Shown here: in pieces, positions 27,505 through 36,686 of the stretch
How positions within the stretch are numbered: the first letter of the stretch is position 1
Layout of the letters: every line of letters starts with the position of its first letter
Source: a bacterium
GTDB taxonomy: Bacteria > Patescibacteriota > UBA1384 > 2-12-FULL-50-11
Direction of reading: 5' to 3'
Assembly: GCA_021463485.1 (NCBI GenBank)
Contig: JAJTYJ010000004.1
Span: forward strand, 1 to 54,301
DNA length: 54,301 bases
Notes under the pieces: model-generated
What the model was told of the DNA's origin: nothing
The model's database searches: none
Seen by the model: only the letters and a program-made list of their open reading frames with translations
Position numbers and translations under genes: made by a program

Positions 27505-27528
27505 AGACCCAGAAATGGGTCTTTTTTT
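27505..27528 (+). terminator. intrinsic terminator
   Basis: AGACCC-AGAAAT-GGGTCT followed by T7. Confidence 0.75.
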
Positions 27529-27558
27529 GTTACCCAAAAACTTACTAATTAATATTTT

Positions 27559-27606
27559 GTGGGGATAAGGGTAGCGCTTCGCAAGTAGCACCCCCTGTCC
27601 CCTGCA
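27559..27606. repeat. GC-rich palindromic intergenic element, copy 2
   Basis: GTGGGGATAAGGGTAGCGCTTCGCAAGTAGCACCCCCTGTCCCCTGCA. The right arm and loop are almost identical to 21441-21490. Confidence 0.8.
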
Positions 27607-27633
27607 ATAGATTAAAAGTAGAATATTTATGTA

Positions 27634-28620
27634 ATGAATAATCGTAAAAAAGAACTAGAAATACTACTTGGCATCCCATCTAAGCAAGAGCGTCTTGCCT
27701 ATATTCAAGAACAGATGAAAAACCCGGAGTTCTGGAGCGATCATCAACAAGCCGCCAAGTTGACTCAGGAATACAAACATCTTGAAGACATGCTACTTAG
27801 ATTTGAACTAGCTGAAAGCGATCACGACCTCGACGAACTAGAGCGCGAAGCAGTTTTCACTGGCGAACACGACGACGCAAATGCGTATCTATCTGTCCAC
27901 GCTGGCTCTGGTGGAACCGAAGCTCAGGATTGGGCCGAAATGCTCTTACGTCTCTACACTCGTTATTGTGAACGCGCTAACTTTAAAGTGGAGTTGCTAG
28001 AAAAAAGCGCCGGTGAAGAAGCGGGGATTAAAAGTGCGATGCTGCAAGTTAAAGGCTTTCGAGCGTACGGCAAGCTCAAAGGAGAAGGCGGAGTTCATAG
28101 ACTTGTCCGAATCTCGCCGTTTGATGCTAGCAAATCTCGGCACACCTCGTTTGCGCTTGTAGAGGTTGTTCCAGAAGTTGAAAAATCAGAGTTGGTAATT
28201 AATCCAGACGAGCTTAAGATCGATGTTTATCGAGCCGGCGGCCACGGCGGTCAAGGCGTTAATACCACCGACTCAGCTGTTCGAATCACCCATCTGCCGT
28301 CAAAGATCGTAGTTACCTGTCAAAACGAACGCAGTCAGTTGCAAAATAAACTGCAGGCTATGAAAATCCTTCAAGCAAAGCTACAATTACTCGAGGAAGA
28401 ACGACAGCGCGCCGAAGAACAAAAGCATAAAGGCGAGCCAGTCTTAGCTTCCTGGGGAAACCAGATTCGATCGTACGTATTACAGCCTTATCAACTCGTT
28501 AAAGATGTGCGCAGCGGTTTTGAAACCAGCGCTGTTAACGACGTGCTCGACGGTGAGATCGAACCGTTCATCGACGCTTACGCAAAATATTTATTACTAA
28601 GAAGAAAGGAAACTAAATAA
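27634..28620 (+). CDS. prfB: peptide chain release factor 2, single uninterrupted frame
   Basis: SPF tripeptide (RISPFDA), GGQ motif (GGHGGQGVNTTDSAVRITH). 328 aa. Confidence 0.9.
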   Translation: MNNRKKELEILLGIPSKQERLAYIQEQMKNPEFWSDHQQAAKLTQEYKHLEDMLLRFELAESDHDLDELEREAVFTGEHDDANAYLSVHAGSGGTEAQDWAEMLLRLYTRYCERANFKVELLEKSAGEEAGIKSAMLQVKGFRAYGKLKGEGGVHRLVRISPFDASKSRHTSFALVEVVPEVEKSELVINPDELKIDVYRAGGHGGQGVNTTDSAVRITHLPSKIVVTCQNERSQLQNKLQAMKILQAKLQLLEEERQRAEEQKHKGEPVLASWGNQIRSYVLQPYQLVKDVRSGFETSAVNDVLDGEIEPFIDAYAKYLLLRRKETK

Positions 28621-28931
28621 TGGCATTACCAAATTTCGGACAGATGAAAGATATGTATCAGCTCCAAAAGAAAGCCAAACAGCTACAGAAAGAGCTTAAA
28701 GAGCTAGAGATCGAAGCGCGTTCTACTGACAACCTGGTTGGTGTTGTAGTTAGCGGCGAGATGAAAATTGTCGCAATTGAAATTGCTGACGAGTTACTAA
28801 CACCCGATAAAAAGAACGAGCTTGAAGCTAACCTTAAAGACACGATCGGCCAAGCGATGAGCCGTGCTCAGACCGAATCTGCAACTCGTATGCAGCCTTT
28901 ACTTAAGGATATGAAACTCCCAGGTATGTAA
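28620..28931 (+). CDS. ybaB: YbaB/EbfC-family nucleoid-associated protein
   Basis: 103 aa with MKDMYQLQKKAKQLQKEL...GVVVSGEMKIVAIEI, the typical YbaB architecture. Confidence 0.75.
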   Translation: MALPNFGQMKDMYQLQKKAKQLQKELKELEIEARSTDNLVGVVVSGEMKIVAIEIADELLTPDKKNELEANLKDTIGQAMSRAQTESATRMQPLLKDMKLPGM

Positions 28932-29083
28932 ATGACGTTCGCCAAGCTCGCATTGCAACCGTTTGCTCGTCCAGCGACTCGCTGCACTTCCGTCCTCGAC
29001 AATTTTTCGCATTCTGCGAAACCATGCAAATCGTCTGCGGAAGTTGCAACACAATCTTGGCTCACCAGAGAAATAACAAACTA

Positions 29084-29662
29084 ATGCTGACAATAATTGG
29101 CTTGGGGAATCCAGGCGATCGTTACGACGGCACAAGACATAATATCGGCTTCGATATTATCGAAGCGCTAGCCAAGCAGTTAGGTGAAACGCATTGGCAT
29201 CGTCAAAAGCACTTACTTAATAGCGACGAAATCACGTTTCAATTTCGGGGTGAGAAAGTCCAGCTGATTAAGCCTGGTACATACATGAACGAATCGGGGC
29301 ATGTGATTGAAGCATTACTAGAAAAGCACGGGCTAGATCGCGAACGACTTTGGGTTATCCACGACGACACCGAGTTCCCGTTTGGCGAAGTTCGCATTAA
29401 ACACGGCGGTACTAGCGGTGGACATAACGGCATTAAATCGATTGATAACGAGATCGGACCGGACTACTGGCGTATTCGTATTGGTATCGGTCGTCCCGAA
29501 CATCACGATCACGACTTGGCCGAGTATGTATTATCAAAATTTAGTTCCAATGAGCGTCGGGAGCTTGGTGCGATCGTTGACCGAGTCGTCTCTTATCTGA
29601 TAAAATCTATGGAAGAACAACTAGAACCGAATACTTTTAATGCCAAAGAAAAAAACAACTAA
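29084..29662 (+). CDS. pth: peptidyl-tRNA hydrolase
   Basis: MLTIIGLGNPGDRYDGTRHNIGF and GGHNGIKS motifs. The conserved N-terminus begins at the ATG at 29084. Confidence 0.9.
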   Translation: MLTIIGLGNPGDRYDGTRHNIGFDIIEALAKQLGETHWHRQKHLLNSDEITFQFRGEKVQLIKPGTYMNESGHVIEALLEKHGLDRERLWVIHDDTEFPFGEVRIKHGGTSGGHNGIKSIDNEIGPDYWRIRIGIGRPEHHDHDLAEYVLSKFSSNERRELGAIVDRVVSYLIKSMEEQLEPNTFNAKEKNN

Positions 29663-30539
29663 TAACGCCGTCGACCAAGAAAAATCTGCCATCGAAGAAG
29701 CAGAAGTTTTAACAGCGCGTGCTGACGAAGCTTCGCAAGACGAGGTCGAAAATAATCCAGACGAAGAAGCCGAGAAAGCTCTGATTGCTGAGGAAGCAGC
29801 TGATGCCGATGCAGTTGTGCCAGCCGAAGTTGCTGCCATTCACACAGACAACGAATCTGCTGAGGCAGTAAATAAGAAATCACCGAAGAAAAGCGCAAAA
29901 CCTGCAAAGGTTGTGCCGAAGAAAAAGCGCTCAGCCAAATATGCTGCCGCAACTGTCCATATCGAAAAAGGCAAGCTGTACGATTTGGAAGAAGCGATCG
30001 AATTAATTAAAAAAACTTCGTACTCAAAATTTGATGGTAGTGTTGAGCTGCATCTAAAGTTGCTTAAAAAGAAAAGTAAAGGCAGTACAGAATCTTCTAA
30101 GAGCGTTATTCATTTACCGCACGGCACCGGCAAAGAGAAAAAGATTATTATTCTCGATGAAGCCAAGATCGAAGAGATCGCTAAAACAAAAAAGATCGAT
30201 TTTGATGTCGCGATCGCTTTGCCTGAGCTGATGCCAAAGGTTGGTAAAATCGCTAAGATCTTAGGACCGAAAGGCAAGATGCCAGATCCAAAATCCGGTA
30301 CCGTCACCAACGATCCGAAAAAAGCGATTGAAGAAATTAACTCCGGTAAAGTTGAGTATCGAATTGATAGCAGCGATAACATTCACCAGATAATTGGTAA
30401 AGTTTCCTGGGATACCGCTAAACTCAAAGAAAACGCTGCTGCGATGTTAGGTAGTATGCAAAAGAGCCGAATTTCTGCTGCCTACGTTACTTCTACAATG
30501 AGCCCTTCGGCAGCCATTGATTTAACGTTTCTGAAATAA
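29640..30539 (+). CDS. rplA: 50S ribosomal protein L1 with an in-frame ~91-aa acidic/Lys-rich N-terminal extension
   Basis: The canonical L1 N-terminus KKKRSAKYAAA...GKLYDLEEAIELIKK begins at residue ~94. An in-frame GTG at 29913 would give a canonical-length L1. Confidence 0.85.
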   Translation: MPKKKTTNNAVDQEKSAIEEAEVLTARADEASQDEVENNPDEEAEKALIAEEAADADAVVPAEVAAIHTDNESAEAVNKKSPKKSAKPAKVVPKKKRSAKYAAATVHIEKGKLYDLEEAIELIKKTSYSKFDGSVELHLKLLKKKSKGSTESSKSVIHLPHGTGKEKKIIILDEAKIEEIAKTKKIDFDVAIALPELMPKVGKIAKILGPKGKMPDPKSGTVTNDPKKAIEEINSGKVEYRIDSSDNIHQIIGKVSWDTAKLKENAAAMLGSMQKSRISAAYVTSTMSPSAAIDLTFLK

Positions 30540-30566
30540 CGAAATGGGCAGAGGGGCCCGCAAAAG

Positions 30567-31082
30567 ATGAACCGGCTTATACTGCCGGTCATTTTTGTGC
30601 TCTCAATTATTGTTGTTGGGATTTTCCTAAGTGGTACGAGCGAAACTGTAAATACAAAAATTGACCCAAACGACATTACGCCATTTGCAGTTGACGATGC
30701 GCTGCCAGCATCGTCGATTATCGATGCTCAAGGGAAGAGAGTTGCGATCGAACAGGTGGTTGGTTCGCCAACGCTCGTAACCTTCTGGAATAGCAGCTGT
30801 AACGAATGCACCCTGTTATTAACAGAACAAAAGAATATACTAACGGGCACTGCTTTAAAGCCAGTATTAATTAATATTCAGGATCAGCCAGATGTGGCGG
30901 CGCAAAAACTTAGCGAGCTCGGTGTAACTTTTCCCAATTATTTCGATGAGCAGGGAACGACGTTTAGAAGTTGGTCCGGAACTATTCCGGCTAGCTATTA
31001 CATCAGCGGCAATAAGATTAAATACTTTTTCCCTGGCCGGATGTCGGCCGAGCATTTACGGGCTTTATTGACACTCAATTAG
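30567..31082 (+). CDS. membrane-anchored TlpA/ResA-like thiol-disulfide oxidoreductase
   Basis: N-terminal TM and a thioredoxin-fold CxxC (FWNSSCNECT). Confidence 0.7.
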   Translation: MNRLILPVIFVLSIIVVGIFLSGTSETVNTKIDPNDITPFAVDDALPASSIIDAQGKRVAIEQVVGSPTLVTFWNSSCNECTLLLTEQKNILTGTALKPVLINIQDQPDVAAQKLSELGVTFPNYFDEQGTTFRSWSGTIPASYYISGNKIKYFFPGRMSAEHLRALLTLN

Positions 31083-31351
31083 TTTTTTGGGAAAATTACT
31101 CTGTTCCAAAGAAAGTAGGTGGCCCTCGCAAGAGACAAGCCGTAAATCCTGCCGAGGACGAAGCCGCAAGCGACGTCTCTTTGGGCGTCAATTTGTTACA
31201 TTTACATGTTTCTTCACAGACGTAGTTATGTCGCTCCAGCGGCAACATACTACTTGGCGCTCAGCTGAATTTTGCCTACGGCAAACCAATCAATTCAGCT
31301 TCCGCGACACTGTTCAGAATCATATAAATGCAACCTAGAATTATAAGATAA
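31083..31351 (+). promoter_or_regulatory. long structured 5' region of rplJ-rplL, a possible L10-type autoregulatory leader
   Basis: 269 nt with no credible ORF and several helices (for example AGAGAC...GTCTCT). Contains motif copy B at 31260-31299. The L10-leader assignment rests on position only. Confidence 0.35.
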
Positions 31352-31867
31352 ATGGCATTACTACGAGCACAAAAAGTCGCGTTAGTTGAGCAGCTTACCA
31401 GCGAGCTCGAAGCCTCACGCATTAGTATTATCTTTGCGTACACAGCGCTTAACGCTAAGGCGAACTTAGCGCTTCGAGATAAGGCGTTTGAAGAGCAGGG
31501 TAAGGTTCGAATGTTGAGTAATAATCTCCTTCGCCTGATCTTAAAAAACCAGAAACGCGAACTGGAAATTCCAGAGAAACAGCTCGCAATTGCTTACGGC
31601 TTTCACGACGAAGTTGTAGCGGCAAAAATGCTAAGCGATTTCGCGAAAGAAACTGAATCGTTAGAGATTCTCGGCGGTTGGATCGACGGCAATTTCTTTG
31701 ACTCTTCAGCCGTTAAAACCCTCGCCTCACTCCCAAGTAAAGAAACCTTACAAGCTCAGGTTGTTGGCCGTCTCCACGGTTTAATCCAAGGATTGGTTTA
31801 CAACTTAAACTTCCCACTACAGCAGTTTGCCTACGTGGTAAGAGCGGTTGAGGAATCAAAGAAATAA
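31352..31867 (+). CDS. rplJ: 50S ribosomal protein L10
   Basis: 171 aa immediately upstream of rplL. L10-like N-terminus KVALVEQLTSEL. Confidence 0.85.
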   Translation: MALLRAQKVALVEQLTSELEASRISIIFAYTALNAKANLALRDKAFEEQGKVRMLSNNLLRLILKNQKRELEIPEKQLAIAYGFHDEVVAAKMLSDFAKETESLEILGGWIDGNFFDSSAVKTLASLPSKETLQAQVVGRLHGLIQGLVYNLNFPLQQFAYVVRAVEESKK

Positions 31868-31893
31868 TAAATAGAAAATAAGAAAGGAAATAA

Positions 31894-32274
31894 ATGAGTA
31901 ACGTAGAAAAAATTATCGAACAGGTTGGTGAGCTTTCCGTAATGGAGCTCTCAGAGTTAGTAAAAGGTTTAGAAGAGAAGTTTGGTGTTAGCGCTATGCC
32001 AGTAATGGCAGCCGGTGCTGCTCCAGCTGCTGGTGGCGCTGCTGCGGCCGAGGCTGAAGAGAAGTCTGAGTACAACGTTGTGCTCGCTGCTTCTGGCGAC
32101 CAAAAGATTGCTGTCATTAAGGCAGTCCGTGAGATAAAACAAGAGCTCGGCCTTAAAGAAGCCAAGGATCTAGTTGATGCCGCTCCAAAAGAGCTCGGCA
32201 CAATGAAGAAGGAAGACGCTGAAGCTGCTAAGAAGAAACTCGAAGAAGCCGGCGCAACCGTAGAACTTAAGTAA
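31894..32274 (+). CDS. rplL: 50S ribosomal protein L7/L12
   Basis: Ala-rich hinge [19 protein letters not shown] and C-terminal [11 protein letters not shown]...LKEAKDLVD...[12 protein letters not shown]. Confidence 0.95.
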   Translation: MSNVEKIIEQVGELSVMELSELVKGLEEKFGVSAMPVMAAGAAPAAGGAAAAEAEEKSEYNVVLAASGDQKIAVIKAVREIKQELGLKEAKDLVDAAPKELGTMKKEDAEAAKKKLEEAGATVELK

Positions 32275-32298
32275 TAACTTATTAATAAGTGAAAAAAA

Positions 32299-32322
32299 GG
32301 AGCCATTTTGGCTCCTTTTTTG
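32299..32322 (+). terminator. intrinsic terminator of rplJL
   Basis: GGAGCCA-TTT-TGGCTCC followed by T6. Confidence 0.8.
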
Positions 32323-32336
32323 TTACAATCGCGCTG

Positions 32337-32891
32337 ATGAGAATCAGTATTGGCGATCGAAAATGTTTAGTGTGTTCGGGTAAGTTACCCACCGAGGTAG
32401 TTATCAGCCACAAGGGAATAGGAGAAACTAAGTGTGCGATTTGTGGAAATAGTACCAATGAGATCTTTGCGCATAGTATATGGTTTAGGACTATGCATAA
32501 TTCACAAAAGTTGCTGAGAGATAAAGAATATAGGGGTGCAGTAATAGAAATATTTTCAGCTTGGGAATCGTTTATAACTCAAAGGATTCGTTTGTGGTTA
32601 TATAAACACAAATCATCAAGCAATGATCTAAAAAAATGCGTACAAGTAGCTGCCGTGATTGGAAAAAGGCAATTAGCACAACAAATGCACAGAATCCTTT
32701 ATCCAAAATTGGCTATTCCGAACGATAACAATTGGGCTGCTTTAAGGAACAAAGTCGCACATGGTGGTTACATCCCAGATGAAAATGAAGCTAGAGAAAT
32801 TGTGGAGGAATTATCAAAAGCAATATTTAGAATATACGACCCCCCAAATGGCGACAGCAACTCGCTATTTTTGGATGAGTATTGGAGATAG
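32337..32891 (+). CDS. zinc-ribbon plus HEPN-like domain protein (184 aa)
   Basis: CLVCSG...CAICGN ribbon. C-terminal LRNKVAHGG fits the HEPN R-x4-H motif. AT-rich. Extended -10 TGTTACAAT at 32321-32329 lies 8 nt before the ATG. Confidence 0.6.
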   Translation: MRISIGDRKCLVCSGKLPTEVVISHKGIGETKCAICGNSTNEIFAHSIWFRTMHNSQKLLRDKEYRGAVIEIFSAWESFITQRIRLWLYKHKSSSNDLKKCVQVAAVIGKRQLAQQMHRILYPKLAIPNDNNWAALRNKVAHGGYIPDENEAREIVEELSKAIFRIYDPPNGDSNSLFLDEYWR

Positions 32892-33120
32892 CGTGAGAAA
32901 CTATTCCTGCCAATTCAGTTTCAGCGATTTATTCCGAGCGCGGTTTGGGCGGGAGATGAATCAAGACGAAAAAGACGAACTATATGCTTTATCCCAGAAA
33001 AAACGCAATAAAAGAGTAGGGGAGTGGGCAAAAGAAGCGGGGTGGTATACTGAAGACCGAAAAGGAAGTGATGGTGTTATATACACCGCATTTTGGAACG
33101 GAGGTGAAAAAAATGAGTGA
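32875..33120 (+). CDS. hypothetical small protein (81 aa)
   Basis: Overlaps the HEPN gene by 17 nt and the next gene by 8 nt. The start choice (32875 vs 32848/32761) is uncertain. Confidence 0.4.
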   Translation: MSIGDSVRNYSCQFSFSDLFRARFGREMNQDEKDELYALSQKKRNKRVGEWAKEAGWYTEDRKGSDGVIYTAFWNGGEKNE

Positions 33121-33289
33121 GCACTATGTTTGTCGAGGAACGTGCGGCGGTAAAAGTGATGTCCCAAAGGCGTGCGATACGGATTCTTGCACGATGGTTG
33201 GTGCGATGATGGAAGCGTGCAACTGTTTTGACGATTTACACGTAAAAGCTGTTGCCGAAGAGCTAACGGACGAAAACGAAGTGGTATAA
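33113..33289 (+). CDS. Cys-rich miniprotein (58 aa), possibly metal-binding
   Basis: Strong SD GGAGGTG. YVCRGTCGG...PKACDTDSC...EACNC carries seven Cys in the first 40 residues. Confidence 0.55.
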   Translation: MSEHYVCRGTCGGKSDVPKACDTDSCTMVGAMMEACNCFDDLHVKAVAEELTDENEVV

Positions 33290-33321
33290 AAAAGTCCTCG
33301 CGCACTTACGGGCGCGAGGAG
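33287..33321 (-). terminator. intrinsic terminator of the hydroxylase-family gene
   Basis: Perfect 10-bp stem GTCCTCGCGC(33294-303)/GCGCGAGGAC(33312-321). U-run on the minus strand (A-run 33287-93). Confidence 0.75.
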
Positions 33322-34262
33322 GACTGGTGCACGGCGAGACGCCGTTTGGCTTCTTGCTTTTTGATGCGGGCTGCGCGGGCATCGACTTTTTCGTCAAGCC
33401 ACTGGAGCCAGCGAGGCGGTTTCGGGGGCTTGAGCGTGTCGGGATCGATCTCCACACCTTCGAGTGGTAGCTCGGAAGGGATATAGAGTGAGCCGAATAG
33501 CTTGTCCCATAGCCAGTAGCCGAATACGCCGCTAATCGCTAGGTTGGTTCTACTGCAACCACGGACGTGGTGCATGAGATGGAACCCGTAGATCGTTCGC
33601 CAAGCCTTCGAGGTTTCGACGCGCTTTTTCCAGTGCTTGTCGTAATCCAGATGCCAGATGGCGTGGATAATCTCGTAGAGACCGAACGAAAACACAACCG
33701 ACATGTAGCCGGTTATAACGATCGGCTGCGATCGCAAGAGTAGCTGCAGTGGGACGAGAACAAGACTGAAGATCCCCCAGAAGGTGACCAGGGCGTAGGC
33801 CGGAAAGGCCGACGACTGAATTTGGTCGCCGTCCTTGATCGCGTACTTGTTTCGAACTTTGCTCCTCGACGCCACTTCAGTGCTACCCTTAAGGTCGGTG
33901 ACGTGCGTAAGGCCGTGATGTTCCTCGTGCTTCCGATGGAGAAACCAGAGGAATTTCCAGAACAGCCCGTGGAGCGTGTAGCGATGAAAGAAGTACTCGA
34001 ACAGTCCCATAAACGCGTGAGCGACGACGAAACAGATCACGTACTCGTACCACGGCGAGTTAAACTGTACGGCAAAGAGCTCCGGCGAGATGCGATGATA
34101 CAGCCACAGTACGAGGCTGATGCACGTGGCTGACTGCAGCACTAGAAACGTACTGAACCAATTGAATTTGAATTCAACGTGTTCTCGGCTTCTGTAGAGG
34201 ACGAGCGGTTTGAGCACGAAAGTTAATAGCCACTTCCATGCAGATTTGACTACGTTGATCAT
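33306..34262 (-). CDS. membrane fatty-acid hydroxylase / sterol-desaturase superfamily protein
   Basis: Histidine boxes HRYTLH, HRKHEEHH, HAIWH and HLMHH within a polytopic membrane protein. G+C-richer than its neighbours. Confidence 0.75.
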   Translation of the reverse strand: MINVVKSAWKWLLTFVLKPLVLYRSREHVEFKFNWFSTFLVLQSATCISLVLWLYHRISPELFAVQFNSPWYEYVICFVVAHAFMGLFEYFFHRYTLHGLFWKFLWFLHRKHEEHHGLTHVTDLKGSTEVASRSKVRNKYAIKDGDQIQSSAFPAYALVTFWGIFSLVLVPLQLLLRSQPIVITGYMSVVFSFGLYEIIHAIWHLDYDKHWKKRVETSKAWRTIYGFHLMHHVRGCSRTNLAISGVFGYWLWDKLFGSLYIPSELPLEGVEIDPDTLKPPKPPRWLQWLDEKVDARAARIKKQEAKRRLAVHQSSSRP

Positions 34263-34319
34263 GCTTTTCTCCTGTAAATCGGTAGGTGCAGATTAGTCAC
34301 AGTGTAGGGAAAACCTAAC

Positions 34320-34359
34320 AAAAAAAGAAGCCCCGCGTATTTGCGTACACGGGGACTTC
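34320..34359 (-). terminator. strong intrinsic terminator inside the 5' leader of the hydroxylase-family gene (attenuator candidate)
   Basis: Minus strand reads GAAGUCCCCG...CGGGGCUUC followed by U7. It lies about 58 nt upstream of the ATG at 34262. Confidence 0.65.
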
Positions 34360-34673
34360 TTCCGTAATTGCGTCGCGTGCGAACCACAAGACAGATACGG
34401 CCACAACCCATCTCGGAGAGATCGCAAAATCTCTAACTACCACACGGCAGCACTTTCGCCTACGGACAGCAGTGCATCCTATCTATGCTGCTACTCACCT
34501 CAAAATTCCTAACGAACAAACTAACAGTGTGAGTTGCGACGCTCAAGGTAAGTCAAAAGTTGCTTAGTGGCCAACTTTTCAAGTCCTTAATGAAGGACAC
34601 TTTTAGTATACACAATTTTCAGATAGCGATAGCTGTCGGCGACAAACTACCCTGAAGATGGTAAAATTTATGG

Positions 34674-36319
<1,646 letters not shown>

Positions 36320-36356
36320 GACTTACAAAAGAGACGGGGACTGGTATATTTATGTT

Positions 36357-36686
36357 ATGGAGGGTAAACCAAGGTTCTCCGGAGTTGCTCCGGAGTCTGA
36401 TCAGAGAGTAGGTCCAGAGGTATCGCAGTGGCGAGAACGGCTCAACGAAGGCCCTTGGATCGGTCAACAACCAGAAACCGGAGGTGGGGCTGCTGAACAG
36501 ACAAGAGTAGTTCAGGAAGTACAACAAAAAGAAGTCGAACCCGCAAAAAGTAGCCAACAGCAGCCTGAGTCGGAGTCCTCGGCGCCTAAAGCTGCCATCG
36601 ACGAGGCACTTACAGACTCAAAAGCCGATATCGGTGCCGTTCAAGCGATGATGGAGCACTTCTTCGAGGCCAATAAAGATGTTTGA
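36357..36686 (+). CDS. small, mostly low-complexity protein, translationally coupled to the following ATPase
   Basis: 109 aa, rich in Q/E/P/S. Its stop overlaps the next ATG (ATGTTTGA). Confidence 0.5.
   Translation: MEGKPRFSGVAPESDQRVGPEVSQWRERLNEGPWIGQQPETGGGAAEQTRVVQEVQQKEVEPAKSSQQQPESESSAPKAAIDEALTDSKADIGAVQAMMEHFFEANKDV

Noticed and set aside
31087-31338. The 83-aa ORF between the TlpA-like gene and rplJ.
   Set aside because: It has a TTG-type start, no SD and an Arg/Cys-rich composition. It lies in the region expected to be the rplJ leader and overlaps the conserved RNA motif.
31713-32306. The 197-aa minus-strand ORF antisense to rplJ/rplL, and similar antisense ORFs inside pilB (5013-5522), topA, recR, nrdJ and the ATPase genes.
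   Set aside because: They lie entirely within well-supported conserved genes on the other strand, and their translations are low-complexity.
32289-32336. The longer track starts for several genes: 32289, 2171, 8942, 10984, 26887, 29024 and 50097.
   Set aside because: Each longer start lies in a terminator, overlaps a neighbour or lacks an SD. In each case an internal ATG with a good SD coincides with the conserved N-terminus.
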